Program-made: the position numbers and the translations under genes
DNA from: an uncultured Actinomycetes bacterium
Lineage (GTDB): Bacteria > Actinomycetota > UBA4738 > HRBIN12
DNA: 64,000 nt
Assembly (NCBI GenBank): GCA_963704725.1
Contig: OY969934.1
Span: forward strand, 2,048,001 to 2,112,000
Reading direction: 5' to 3'
Part shown: positions 33,262 to 41,311 of the stretch, one piece after another
Layout of the letters: the number at the start of each line of letters is the position of its first letter
How positions within the stretch are numbered: the stretch's first letter is position 1
The notes under the pieces: generated by a model
The model's input: the letters and a program-made list of their open reading frames with translations, nothing else
Database searches by the model: none
What the model was told of the DNA's origin: nothing

Positions 33262-33704
33262 CACCCCACGGCGAAGCCTACGGCCTCGGCGGCGGTCGCC
33301 TGGTCCCGATCCCTGGTCACGAACACGATCTCCTCGTCGCCGGCGATGGCGGGACACTCCTCGAGCGCCACGGCAAGGTGAAGGGCGTCGAGTGTCCGAA
33401 GACGATGCTCCAGCACCAGTCGATGGGCCGATGGGATCACGGACTCCGGCCGCAAGCGGAGGACCGAGACGGGTCCGCTCCCCCCGAGGTCGAGATCGAT
33501 CCGCGCCAGGACGTCCTCGGGTCCACGGATCCGGCCTGCCGCCAGAGCGGCTCGAACCGCGCTGGCCAGCTCTACACGCGTCAGCTCGCTCGTCACGACA
33601 ACGTCATCGCCTTCGAGGAGGATCCCGAGCAAGACGTTGTGCTCGGGCTCGTCAATGAGGTAGGCGCGTGCAAGAGCACTCGCGTCCGCGTAGATGACGC
33701 TCAC
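33261..33704 (-). CDS. vapC: VapC-like PIN-domain toxin
   Basis: YADASAL..YL.E, ELASA, LRTLDALHLA.A, FVT.D..Q..AA..VG. Confidence 0.88.
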   Translation of the reverse strand: MSVIYADASALARAYLIDEPEHNVLLGILLEGDDVVVTSELTRVELASAVRAALAAGRIRGPEDVLARIDLDLGGSGPVSVLRLRPESVIPSAHRLVLEHRLRTLDALHLAVALEECPAIAGDEEIVFVTRDRDQATAAEAVGFAVG

Positions 33705-33991
33705 CGGGCGTTGCGTTCGGCCTCGAGGGCCTCGCTGACCGCCGTTCCCCAGCCCCGCGTCGACCGGATCGCGGCGTCACGTGACGGTGGCCGCTTCGCC
33801 GGTGGAGGAAGCTTCACGCCAAGGCCGAGCGCCTCGATCCTCGCCCGAACCCTGGCGCGGGCGTCGTCCTTGGTGAGGCCCGCCTCGAGCAGCTCAGTGA
33901 CCAGCGCGTTCAGGGAACGGCCCTCCGCCTCCGCCCTGGCCTTGAGCCGCTCGTGCAGGCGCTCGTCCACTCGGGTGATGAGCTGCTTCAC
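33701..33991 (-). CDS. Ribbon-helix-helix antitoxin
   Basis: MKQLITRVDERLHERLKARAEAEGRSLNALV; GTGA overlap with PIN gene. Confidence 0.85.
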   Translation of the reverse strand: MKQLITRVDERLHERLKARAEAEGRSLNALVTELLEAGLTKDDARARVRARIEALGLGVKLPPPAKRPPSRDAAIRSTRGWGTAVSEALEAERNAR

Positions 33992-33998
33992 CCCTCGA

Positions 33999-34027
33999 TG
34001 ATAGCACGTGCGAACAAGATGCTATCA
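33999..34027. promoter_or_regulatory. Inverted-repeat operator and -10 of the TA module
   Basis: TGATAGCA-N13-TGCTATCA; overlaps minus-strand TATCAT 6 nt before antitoxin GTG and the aroB stop. Confidence 0.7.
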
Positions 34028-35104
34028 CGCGCCCTGTTCGATGGCGGCGCGCACTCGGGCCTCCGAGACCGAGTCGAGCACCACCGGCCGGCCCACGTCC
34101 TCTAGGAGCACGAAGCGGACGCCGCCCCGGTACTTCTTGTCCATCTTCATCGCCCCGAGGATCTCGTCCGCGTCCGGCACCTGGCCCACGGTCTCCAGAC
34201 CGAGCGAGGCGAGCAGGCGGACGTGACGGGCGGCGAGCCCGGCGGGGGCGAGCCCCTCGGCCTCGGCCAGGCGGGCCGCGAACACCATACCGATCGAGAT
34301 GGCCTCACCGTGCGTGCGGCCGGCGAACGCGTCCAGGCGCTCGAGGGCGTGCCCCAGCGTGTGTCCGTAGTTCAGCATCAGCCGGCGGCCGGCGTCGCGC
34401 TCGTCCTGCCCGACGACCCCGGCCTTGGCCCGGACGCACCGGGCCACGATCGCCTCCAGCGCCGCCGGATCGCGGGCCAGCAGCGGGGCCGGGTCGCGCT
34501 CCAGCAGGTCGAGGAGCTCGAGGTCGAGCGTGAGCCCGTACTTCGCCACCTCGGCCAGGCCCGAGCGATAGTCGCGATCCGAGAGCGTCGCCAGCGTGGC
34601 GACGTCGGCCAGCACCGCGACCGGCTGGTGGAACGCGCCCACGAGGTTCTTGCCCTCGGGCAGGTTCACCGCGGTCTTGCCGCCGATCGCGGCGTCCACC
34701 TGAGCCGTGAGCGTGGTCGGCACCTGGACGAACGGGACGCCGCGCATGTAGGTGGCGGCGACGAACCCCGCCAGGTCCCCCACCGCCCCGCCGCCCAGGG
34801 CCACCACCACGTCGTCGCGATGGGCCTCCTGCGTGGCGAGATGGCGGAGCAGCGCGAAGAGCGTCGGCAGCGACTTGGCCTCCTCGCCCTCGGGGACGCC
34901 GAGGTGCACGCAGGCGAACCCGCGCTCGGCGAGCCCCCGCTCCAAGGCCCCCAGGTAGCGCTCGGCGACCGCGCCGTCGGCGACGACGAATGCCCGCTCG
35001 GCGCCGGGGAGATCGGGCACGATGGCCCCCGCACGCTCGAGCACGCCGGACCCGATCGTCACGTCGTACGCGCGTCCGGGGAGCTCGACCGTCACGCGCT
35101 CCAT
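34025..35104 (-). CDS. aroB: 3-dehydroquinate synthase
   Basis: GEEAKS, GGGAVGDLAGF, PTTL.AQVDAAIGGKTAVN, LNYGHTLGHA, HGEA, DKK. Confidence 0.97.
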   Translation of the reverse strand: MERVTVELPGRAYDVTIGSGVLERAGAIVPDLPGAERAFVVADGAVAERYLGALERGLAERGFACVHLGVPEGEEAKSLPTLFALLRHLATQEAHRDDVVVALGGGAVGDLAGFVAATYMRGVPFVQVPTTLTAQVDAAIGGKTAVNLPEGKNLVGAFHQPVAVLADVATLATLSDRDYRSGLAEVAKYGLTLDLELLDLLERDPAPLLARDPAALEAIVARCVRAKAGVVGQDERDAGRRLMLNYGHTLGHALERLDAFAGRTHGEAISIGMVFAARLAEAEGLAPAGLAARHVRLLASLGLETVGQVPDADEILGAMKMDKKYRGGVRFVLLEDVGRPVVLDSVSEARVRAAIEQGA

Positions 35105-35592
35105 CGCAACAGCTCCCTCTCGATCGCCTCGGCGACCTCCGCCGGTGTCCCGCTCGCCTCGACGACGTGCACGGCGAACTCGCGGTACAGCGGCTCGCGC
35201 TCCCGGTACAGCCGCTCGAGGTCGCCCTCGGCGTGGATCAGGGGACGCTCGGACGCCGGCCGAACGCGCCCGCGAAGGACCTCGAGGGGGACGGACAGGA
35301 ACACCACGTCGCCGGTGGCTCGGAGCGTGATCCGGTTCGCCGGCTCCAGCACGACGCCGCCCCCGCACGAGACCACCGAGGGGTCCCGAGCGGCGGCCTC
35401 GCTGAGCGCCGCGGCCTCCAGCTCGCGGAAGCGCGCCTCGCCGTCCTGCTCGAAGATCTCCCGAACGGTCCGCCCGGCGGCGCGCTCGATCTCGGCGTCG
35501 AGCTCGACGTACGGGACGCCGAGACGCGCCGCGAGCTCGGGCCCGACGGTCGACTTGCCCGAGCCCGGCATCCCCACGAGGTAGACGATCAC
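35092..35592 (-). CDS. aroK: Shikimate kinase
   Basis: [30 protein letters not shown]. Confidence 0.95.
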   Translation of the reverse strand: MIVYLVGMPGSGKSTVGPELAARLGVPYVELDAEIERAAGRTVREIFEQDGEARFRELEAAALSEAAARDPSVVSCGGGVVLEPANRITLRATGDVVFLSVPLEVLRGRVRPASERPLIHAEGDLERLYREREPLYREFAVHVVEASGTPAEVAEAIERELLRWSA

Positions 35593-36731
35593 GGCAGCCC
35601 CGCCACGAAGGCGTCGAGGTTGCGGCGCGTCTCCGGGAGCGAGTCGCCGCCGAACTTCTCGAGCACGGCGTCGGCGAGCACATGGGCCACGACGGCCTCG
35701 CCCACCACGGCTCCGGCCGGGACCGCGCACACGTCCGTCCGCTGCTTGATGGCGACGGCGGGCTCCCCCGTCGCCAGGTCGATGGTGGCCAGCGGACGGG
35801 GCACGGTGGAGAAGGGCTTCATCGCGGCGCGGAGCCGGATCGTCTGCCCGGTGCTCATGCCGCCCTCGATCCCGCCGGCGCGTCCGCTCCGCCGGCGTAG
35901 CGGCCCCAGGATCTCGTCGTGCGCCTTCGAGCCGGGCCGGGCGGCCGTGGCGAAGCCGTCGCCCACCTCGACGCCCTTGACGGACTGCACGCTCATGAGC
36001 GCCAGCGCCAGGCGCGCGTCGAGCTTGCGGTCGTACTGGACGTGCGACCCGAGCCCCGGCGGGCATCCGTACGCCAGCACCTCGAACACGCCGCCGAGCG
36101 TGTCCTTGTCCTTGCGGGCCCTGCGGATCGCCTCGACCATGCGCGCGCCGGCTCCCTCGTCGAGGCAGCGCACCGGCGACGCGTCGATCCGGTCGAGGTC
36201 CCCCGGGCGCGGGAGGCGGGCCGACCGGGAAGTGGCGGGTCCGATCCTGACGACGTGCGAGAGCACCTGGATGCCGAGCTCGGCCAGGAACGCCTTGCAC
36301 AGCGACCCCAGCGCGACCCGCATCGCCGTCTCGCGGGCGCTGGCCCGCTCGAGCACGTTGCGGACGTCGTCGAACCCGTACTTCAGCGCGCCGGCCAGGT
36401 CGGCGTGGCCCGGTCGCGGCCGCGTGAGCTTGTCGGCGGCGTCGATATCGCCTTCCACGCCCATGAGGTCGCGGTACCTGCGCTCCCACTCGGCGTTCGC
36501 GACCGTGATCGCGATCGGGCTGCCGAGGGTGCGCCCGTGCCGGACGCCGGAGACGATCTCGACCGGGTCGGCCTCGAGCTTCTGGCGGCCGCTCCGGCCG
36601 TAGCCCATCCGCCGCCGCGCCAGCTCCTGGGCGATCTCCTTGGGCGAGACCGGGACGCCCGCCGGCAGCCCCTCCAGCACGCCGACGAGCCCCTTGCCGT
36701 GCGATTCACCCGCCGTGAGCAGCCGCAGCAT
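35589..36731 (-). CDS. aroC: Chorismate synthase
   Basis: [32 protein letters not shown]. Confidence 0.97.
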   Translation of the reverse strand: MLRLLTAGESHGKGLVGVLEGLPAGVPVSPKEIAQELARRRMGYGRSGRQKLEADPVEIVSGVRHGRTLGSPIAITVANAEWERRYRDLMGVEGDIDAADKLTRPRPGHADLAGALKYGFDDVRNVLERASARETAMRVALGSLCKAFLAELGIQVLSHVVRIGPATSRSARLPRPGDLDRIDASPVRCLDEGAGARMVEAIRRARKDKDTLGGVFEVLAYGCPPGLGSHVQYDRKLDARLALALMSVQSVKGVEVGDGFATAARPGSKAHDEILGPLRRRSGRAGGIEGGMSTGQTIRLRAAMKPFSTVPRPLATIDLATGEPAVAIKQRTDVCAVPAGAVVGEAVVAHVLADAVLEKFGGDSLPETRRNLDAFVAGLP

Positions 36732-36832
36732 GGGCCTCATGATATGGAATGGTCGAGGGCGGCCCCGGGTCACGGGGCCGCCCTCGCGGACCGGCGAGCC
36801 GCTCCCCCCGAAGCGCGACCGCCGGCGTTTGC

Positions 36833-37480
36833 CTACGGGTCCAGGCAGAGCGTGAAGCTCTGGTCCCCGAACAGGAACCGCGCGCACCCGTCGTCGATGT
36901 TCACGAGCTTGAAGTTCTCCGCGAACAGGGCGCCCTCCTCGACGGTCCACGTGTCGTGGTCCACGACGACCTGGAGCTTCCTCCCGTTGCCGGCGATCGA
37001 GTCGAGCACCACGTGGTGGCCGCCGATCGTGATCTCGTTCGTGGGAGGCGGGGGCGGCGGGGGCGGCGGTGTCGTCGGCGGGGCCGTCGTCGGCGGTGCG
37101 GTGGTCGGCGGGGCCGTCGTCGGCGGTGCGGTGGTCGGCGGGCCCGTCGTCGGCGGTGCCGTGGTCGGCCCGGTGGCGCCAGTGGGGCCGACGCTGCCGC
37201 TCGGGGTCTCGGTCGCGAGGCCGGGCGGGATCGAGAACGGATCCCGGCCTCCGGCCAGGTCCACGGGCGGCAGCGTCTCGCGGGGCGTGGGGGACTCGGA
37301 GACGGACGGCGTCGCGCTCGGCGCCGGACCGGTCACCGTCGTCGTCGGACCGGTCGGCGATGCGTTGTCGCCCTCTCCTCCCCCTCCCAGCACGGTCGTG
37401 ACCAAGAAGTAGACGAGCGCCAGGCCGGCGACCACGCCGAGCACCTGGAGCATGCGCTTGTCGCGGGGGGTCAGGGTCAT
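36833..37480 (-). CDS. Membrane-anchored Pro/Thr-rich protein in the PilP position
   Basis: TM helix, GRDPF motif, TTAPP repeats, small C-terminal domain with two Cys; ATGA-coupled to pilO. Confidence 0.7.
   Translation of the reverse strand: MTLTPRDKRMLQVLGVVAGLALVYFLVTTVLGGGGEGDNASPTGPTTTVTGPAPSATPSVSESPTPRETLPPVDLAGGRDPFSIPPGLATETPSGSVGPTGATGPTTAPPTTGPPTTAPPTTAPPTTAPPTTAPPTTPPPPPPPPPTNEITIGGHHVVLDSIAGNGRKLQVVVDHDTWTVEEGALFAENFKLVNIDDGCARFLFGDQSFTLCLDP
37045..37170. repeat. 15-nt tandem repeats encoding (TTAPP)n plus poly-Pro
   Basis: GTCGTCGGCGGTGCG/GTGGTCGGCGGGGCC-type units repeated about six times. Confidence 0.85.
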
Positions 37481-38121
37481 GTGGCGGCTCCTGTGGTGGA
37501 CGTCGGCCCGGTGGTACCGCTCGGCGCGATGGCCCCGCCCTCTTGCGGTCCCGGCTGCGACCCCGGACCGGAGCTGATGTCCGTCGTGTAGAACTCGATC
37601 GTGATCTGCATCGACAGGGACGTCGTCGTGGTCGTCGCAGAGGCCTCGGTGGCCGGCGCCATCGTGATGCTCAACACCTTCGCGGCGCGCGGGAGGGTCT
37701 CCATCAGGAACAGGAACTGATCGAGCGAGAAGTAGTTGCCCGTGACCGAGATCTGGGACGGGATGATCGAGAAGGTGGACGAGGCGTCCGCGGTGGGCGT
37801 TCCGGGCGTGAACGAGAAGAAGTCGACCGCCGAACGGTCCGCCGCACCCTGCAGCAGGCCGAACAGCGCCGGCAGGTCGGCCGTCGGCGGGATCTGCTCC
37901 TCGATCTGCGCGATCTGACGCTCGGTCTCTGGCGCGTTCGCCTGCGCCTCCTGGAGGGCCCGAAGCTGGTTCTGGAGCGTGAGCTCCTGGTCCTCGGCGG
38001 CCGTGAGGTCGTCCTGGACCTCCCCGACCTGTCCCATCTTCGGCAGGACGAGGATCATGACGAGGAGCACCGCGATCAGCGCGATCGCCCCGCCGGCGAT
38101 GAGCGGTGCGCGGCGATTCAC
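37477..38121 (-). CDS. pilO: Type IV pilus alignment protein PilO
   Basis: TM helix + coiled coil, [24 protein letters not shown]; follows pilN. Confidence 0.82.
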   Translation of the reverse strand: MNRRAPLIAGGAIALIAVLLVMILVLPKMGQVGEVQDDLTAAEDQELTLQNQLRALQEAQANAPETERQIAQIEEQIPPTADLPALFGLLQGAADRSAVDFFSFTPGTPTADASSTFSIIPSQISVTGNYFSLDQFLFLMETLPRAAKVLSITMAPATEASATTTTTSLSMQITIEFYTTDISSGPGSQPGPQEGGAIAPSGTTGPTSTTGAAT

Positions 38122-38750
38122 GGCTGCGTCCCTCCTTGCCCACGCTCCGTGGTGGCGATCGCCGTCAGGTCGAGCCCGCTCGCGAAGGTGTAGATCCTCG
38201 AGAACGCCGCGCTCTCGGCCGCGCTCGTCACCCAGGGGTTGACCCACCCCTTCACCTGCTCGAGACGGGTCAGCCAGGTGGCGATCGTGTCCGTTCCTCC
38301 CGCCACGCCGTCGAACGTGAGGTTCCCGATCAGCGTGCTCTCCGCGGTCTCCGGCGTCGGCGCGGTCGCGCCGCCGGTCGGCGTCGTGACCTGCCCGGAC
38401 AGGCTCGTCAGATAGGAGTCGTCGGGGATCACGCGCGAGACGTCGAGGAGGGCGCTCGACCACGACACCTCGTTGAGGAAGAGCGTGCCGACGAGCTGCT
38501 GCTTGCCCGCGAGCTGTGCCTGAAGCGTGGCGAACTCCTGGAGCCCACCGATCTGCGACGTGAGCTGGGCGTTCTTGTCGTTCTGCGTCGCCAGGTCGTC
38601 CTGGACCCCGGCCAGCCGCTGGCTCTGCGTGAAGTAGAAGACGCCGATCAGCGCCAGCACGGCGAGCCCGGCGGCCACGACGAGCGACGTCGTCCGGCGG
38701 ATCTTCTGGCGCTCACGGAGCTCGGGGGGGAGGAGGTTGACCTGGCTCAC
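38118..38750 (-). CDS. pilN: Type IV pilus alignment protein PilN
   Basis: N-terminal VNLLP motif, TM helix, coiled coil, WS..L..V...IP. Confidence 0.88.
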   Translation of the reverse strand: MSQVNLLPPELRERQKIRRTTSLVVAAGLAVLALIGVFYFTQSQRLAGVQDDLATQNDKNAQLTSQIGGLQEFATLQAQLAGKQQLVGTLFLNEVSWSSALLDVSRVIPDDSYLTSLSGQVTTPTGGATAPTPETAESTLIGNLTFDGVAGGTDTIATWLTRLEQVKGWVNPWVTSAAESAAFSRIYTFASGLDLTAIATTERGQGGTQP

Positions 38751-39844
38751 GACCGCCTCCGCTCCTGGATCGCGAGACCGACGGCAACGGCCAGCACGGC
38801 CTCGGCCTCGGCCGACGCCTCCGGGGTCAGGTCCAGCTCGGACTTGACGCGCTCGAACAGCCTCCCCCGCTCGACCTGCACCGGGATCCGCTCCTGCAGG
38901 AGCTCGACGAATCCGTCCAGACGGGACCCGCCGCCGCTCACCACGACGCGGGCGATCCGCGCGCCGGGGACCTGCGCCGCATAGAACTCGAGCGACGACC
39001 GGATCTCGTCCACGAAGCTCCCCGCCCGGGCCAGCGCGAGCCGATGGACCTCGTCCAGGCTCGGGAGCTCCGGAGGCGCCGCCGGCGCTCCGCTCTCGTC
39101 CGGCGGCGGGGGCACGACGGGCTCGCCGCGCTTCAGCGCCTCGGCCACGTCGTCGTCGATGTTGAGCCCGCGCGCGATCGCGAGCGTCACGTCGCGGCCG
39201 CCCGAGGGCAGGATCCGGACGAAGCGGGTCACGCCCCGGTCGTGCACGCAGATGCTCGTCACGTGGGCGCCGACGTCGATCACGGCCTCGTCGCCCTGCG
39301 ACTCCAGATCCAGCCCCACGTCGCCGCCGCCGATGGCGCGGACCGCGGCGAACGGTGTGAGGTCGATGCCCTGGGGGTCGAGCTTGGCGGCCAGCGCCGC
39401 CGAGACCAGCGCGCTGACCATCGACTTGTTGGCGGCGACCAGCAGGATCCGCTCCATGCGGCGTCCGCCCTGATCCATCTCGCCCAGGGCGTCGAAGTCG
39501 AGCACGGCGTCCTCCGCCGCCATGGGGATGAACTCCTGGACCTGGAACGCGAGCGAGTCCCGGAGCTCCTTCTCGGGGAGCCACGGGAGCGAGACCTCGC
39601 GGACGACCACCCGCTGGTTGCCGACTCCGAGGTAGACCTGCTTCGCCTTCACGCCCGCCTGGCTCCACAGGTTGCGGAGGGCGTCGGCCACGACCTCGGG
39701 CTGGCGCACCTCGCCGGCCTCGACGGCCCCGGGCGGCAGCGGCACCTGGGCGGCGCGCACGACCACGGGGGTGTCTCCCCCGGCCACCTCCGCCACGCGG
39801 ACGGCGGTCGAACCCACGTCGACGCCGATCCTGGTCCGGGCCAC
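38747..39844 (-). CDS. pilM: Type IV pilus actin-like protein PilM
   Basis: IGVDVGS, QEFIP, IDVGA, EIRSSLEFY, SGGGS, AVAVGLA. Confidence 0.92.
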   Translation of the reverse strand: MARTRIGVDVGSTAVRVAEVAGGDTPVVVRAAQVPLPPGAVEAGEVRQPEVVADALRNLWSQAGVKAKQVYLGVGNQRVVVREVSLPWLPEKELRDSLAFQVQEFIPMAAEDAVLDFDALGEMDQGGRRMERILLVAANKSMVSALVSAALAAKLDPQGIDLTPFAAVRAIGGGDVGLDLESQGDEAVIDVGAHVTSICVHDRGVTRFVRILPSGGRDVTLAIARGLNIDDDVAEALKRGEPVVPPPPDESGAPAAPPELPSLDEVHRLALARAGSFVDEIRSSLEFYAAQVPGARIARVVVSGGGSRLDGFVELLQERIPVQVERGRLFERVKSELDLTPEASAEAEAVLAVAVGLAIQERRRS

Positions 39845-40059
39845 TACGCTCCCTCCACCTGCCGCTGCTCCAGGTACCGATCCATGTCCGACTCCCGGAT
39901 CCGGTAGTTCTTGCCCACCCGGATCGCCGGGAGCTCGCCGCCTTTGATCAGGCGGTACACCGTCATGTTCGAGACCCGCATCGTCGCGGCCACCTCGGCC
40001 ACGGTGAGCAGCCGGTCGCCCGCCTGCCGTCCCGACCACCCTCCCGATCGCCGCGACAC
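39844..40059 (-). CDS. Small Xis/BldC-like (MerR-type) HTH DNA-binding protein, copy 2
   Basis: LLTVAEVAATMRVSNMTVYRLIKGGELPAIRVGKNYRI; stop overlaps pilM GTG. Confidence 0.88.
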   Translation of the reverse strand: MSRRSGGWSGRQAGDRLLTVAEVAATMRVSNMTVYRLIKGGELPAIRVGKNYRIRESDMDRYLEQRQVEGA

Positions 40060-40075
40060 GCTGTTGTTGCCTCCC

Positions 40076-40267
40076 TCAGACCGACCGCTCGGAGAGGTAT
40101 CGGTCCACGTCCGACTCCCGGATCCGGTAGTTCTTGCCCACCCGGATCGCCGGGAGCTGCCCCGCCTTGATCAGGCGGTACACCGTCATGTTCGAGACCC
40201 GCATCGTCGCCGCCACCTCACCGACCGTGAGGAGCCGGTCACCGACGAACGGTCGTCGCTTGCCCAT
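40076..40267 (-). CDS. Small Xis/BldC-like (MerR-type) HTH DNA-binding protein, copy 1
   Basis: LLTVGEVAATMRVSNMTVYRLIKAGQLPAIRVGKNYRI. Confidence 0.88.
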   Translation of the reverse strand: MGKRRPFVGDRLLTVGEVAATMRVSNMTVYRLIKAGQLPAIRVGKNYRIRESDVDRYLSERSV

Positions 40268-40386
40268 CTCTCACATCTTTCACACTTAGCCCATCCGCCA
40301 CACTTGCCTCTTGTGTCACAACCCTCACACCTGCTCCATCCGCCCCTGGAGTCCCAGGGTCCCGCACCGTAACAAGAGCCACATCT
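40261..40386. repeat. Phased degenerate 9-bp direct-repeat array
   Basis: tgcccatct ctcacatct ttcacactt agcccatcc gccacactt gcctcttgt gtcacaacc ctcacacct gctccatcc ... gtcccaggg ... gtaacaaga gccacatct, all at 40261+9n. Confidence 0.75.
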
Positions 40387-40394
40387 GTCGTCAA
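40366..40394 (-). promoter_or_regulatory. Housekeeping-sigma promoter for HTH-HTH-pilMNO(P)
   Basis: TTGACG-N17-TACGGT with extended TGn. Confidence 0.6.
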
Positions 40395-40429
40395 TCACCC
40401 CTATGACCTACATTCGGCACGATAAGCTG

Positions 40430-40447
40430 AATTACATATATGTAATT
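40430..40447. promoter_or_regulatory. Perfect 18-bp AT-rich palindrome (candidate operator)
   Basis: AATTACATATATGTAATT in a GC-rich background. Confidence 0.65.
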
Positions 40448-40505
40448 AGCAGAAATCGTCAGAAACCCCAGAAGTAACGGCGAGACGGCTCGGGTCGGGT
40501 CCGGT

Positions 40506-41285
40506 CTAGGCGCCGATCAGGCGCAGGTAGGCGTCCGCGATCTGCCGGCCGGCCAGGACCGCCGCGGCGGCCCCGAGCGCCAACGACGGACCGTACGGGA
40601 GGGCGCTCTTCCGGCTCGCCCCCGCGACGAGCGCGACGATCGCCGCCACTCCCCCGACCAGGATCCCCACCCCCGCCGCCACGGCGACGTAGCGGAGCCC
40701 GAGCGCACCCAGGACGGCCCCGGAGACGGCTGCGAGCTTGACGTCCCCCATGCCCAGGCCGCGTGGCGCGATCAGCGCGATGAGGAGCAGTCCCCCGCCG
40801 TAGGCGAGGAACCCGATACCCGCACGTCCGAGGTCCAGCGGAGCCCCGGCCAGCCGCGCCACGATCAGATAGACGGGGGCGATCACGAGCGACGGGTACA
40901 TGAGCCCGTTCGGGATGATCCGGTGCCGGACGTCGATCACCGCGACCGCCACCAGGATCCCCAGGAAGGGCGCCATCAACACGGCCACCCACGGGTCGTC
41001 GAAGACGAGGGCGGCGGCGACGAAGAGCCCGGCGGTCGCGAGCTCGGTCAGGGGGTAGACCACCGAGATCCTGACCCCGCAGCCGCGGCAGCGGCCCCGA
41101 AGCAGCAGCCACGAGACGACGGGGATGTTGTCGACGTTCCGGAGCTGCGCCCCGCACGACGGGCACCGGGAGCGGGGGCGGATCAGGGACTCCTTCGCCG
41201 GCAGCCGGTGGATCGCCACGGTGAGGAAGCTGCCGAACACGAGCCCGAACGGGATCGCGATGATCAGCCGGATCGCGGTGTCCAA
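40506..41285 (-). CDS. pilD: Prepilin peptidase / N-methyltransferase
   Basis: GSFL, RSRCPSC, NIPVVSWLLLRGRCRGC, YPLTEL, ID, GMGDVKL, PYGP; TTG start approximate. Confidence 0.94.
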   Translation of the reverse strand: MDTAIRLIIAIPFGLVFGSFLTVAIHRLPAKESLIRPRSRCPSCGAQLRNVDNIPVVSWLLLRGRCRGCGVRISVVYPLTELATAGLFVAAALVFDDPWVAVLMAPFLGILVAVAVIDVRHRIIPNGLMYPSLVIAPVYLIVARLAGAPLDLGRAGIGFLAYGGGLLLIALIAPRGLGMGDVKLAAVSGAVLGALGLRYVAVAAGVGILVGGVAAIVALVAGASRKSALPYGPSLALGAAAAVLAGRQIADAYLRLIGA

Positions 41286-41311
41286 GGCGGGCGCCAGTCT
41301 AGGGGTGGCCG

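Noticed and set aside
39844-40267. Excisionase-like genes as evidence of a prophage or ICE
   Set aside because: No integrase, att site or phage genes; the genes are coupled to pilM and resemble chromosomal actinobacterial HTH regulators.
40261-40386. Repeat array as a CRISPR
   Set aside because: Units are 9 bp, degenerate and contiguous, with no spacers and no cas genes.
40186-40398. Cys/Trp-rich 70-aa ORF (CGSC, CEGC, CERC) resembling a zinc-finger or RiPP peptide
   Set aside because: The Cys/Trp periodicity is a by-product of the 9-bp array (TGT/TGG every third codon). It overlaps HTH1 out of frame and starts upstream of the predicted promoter.
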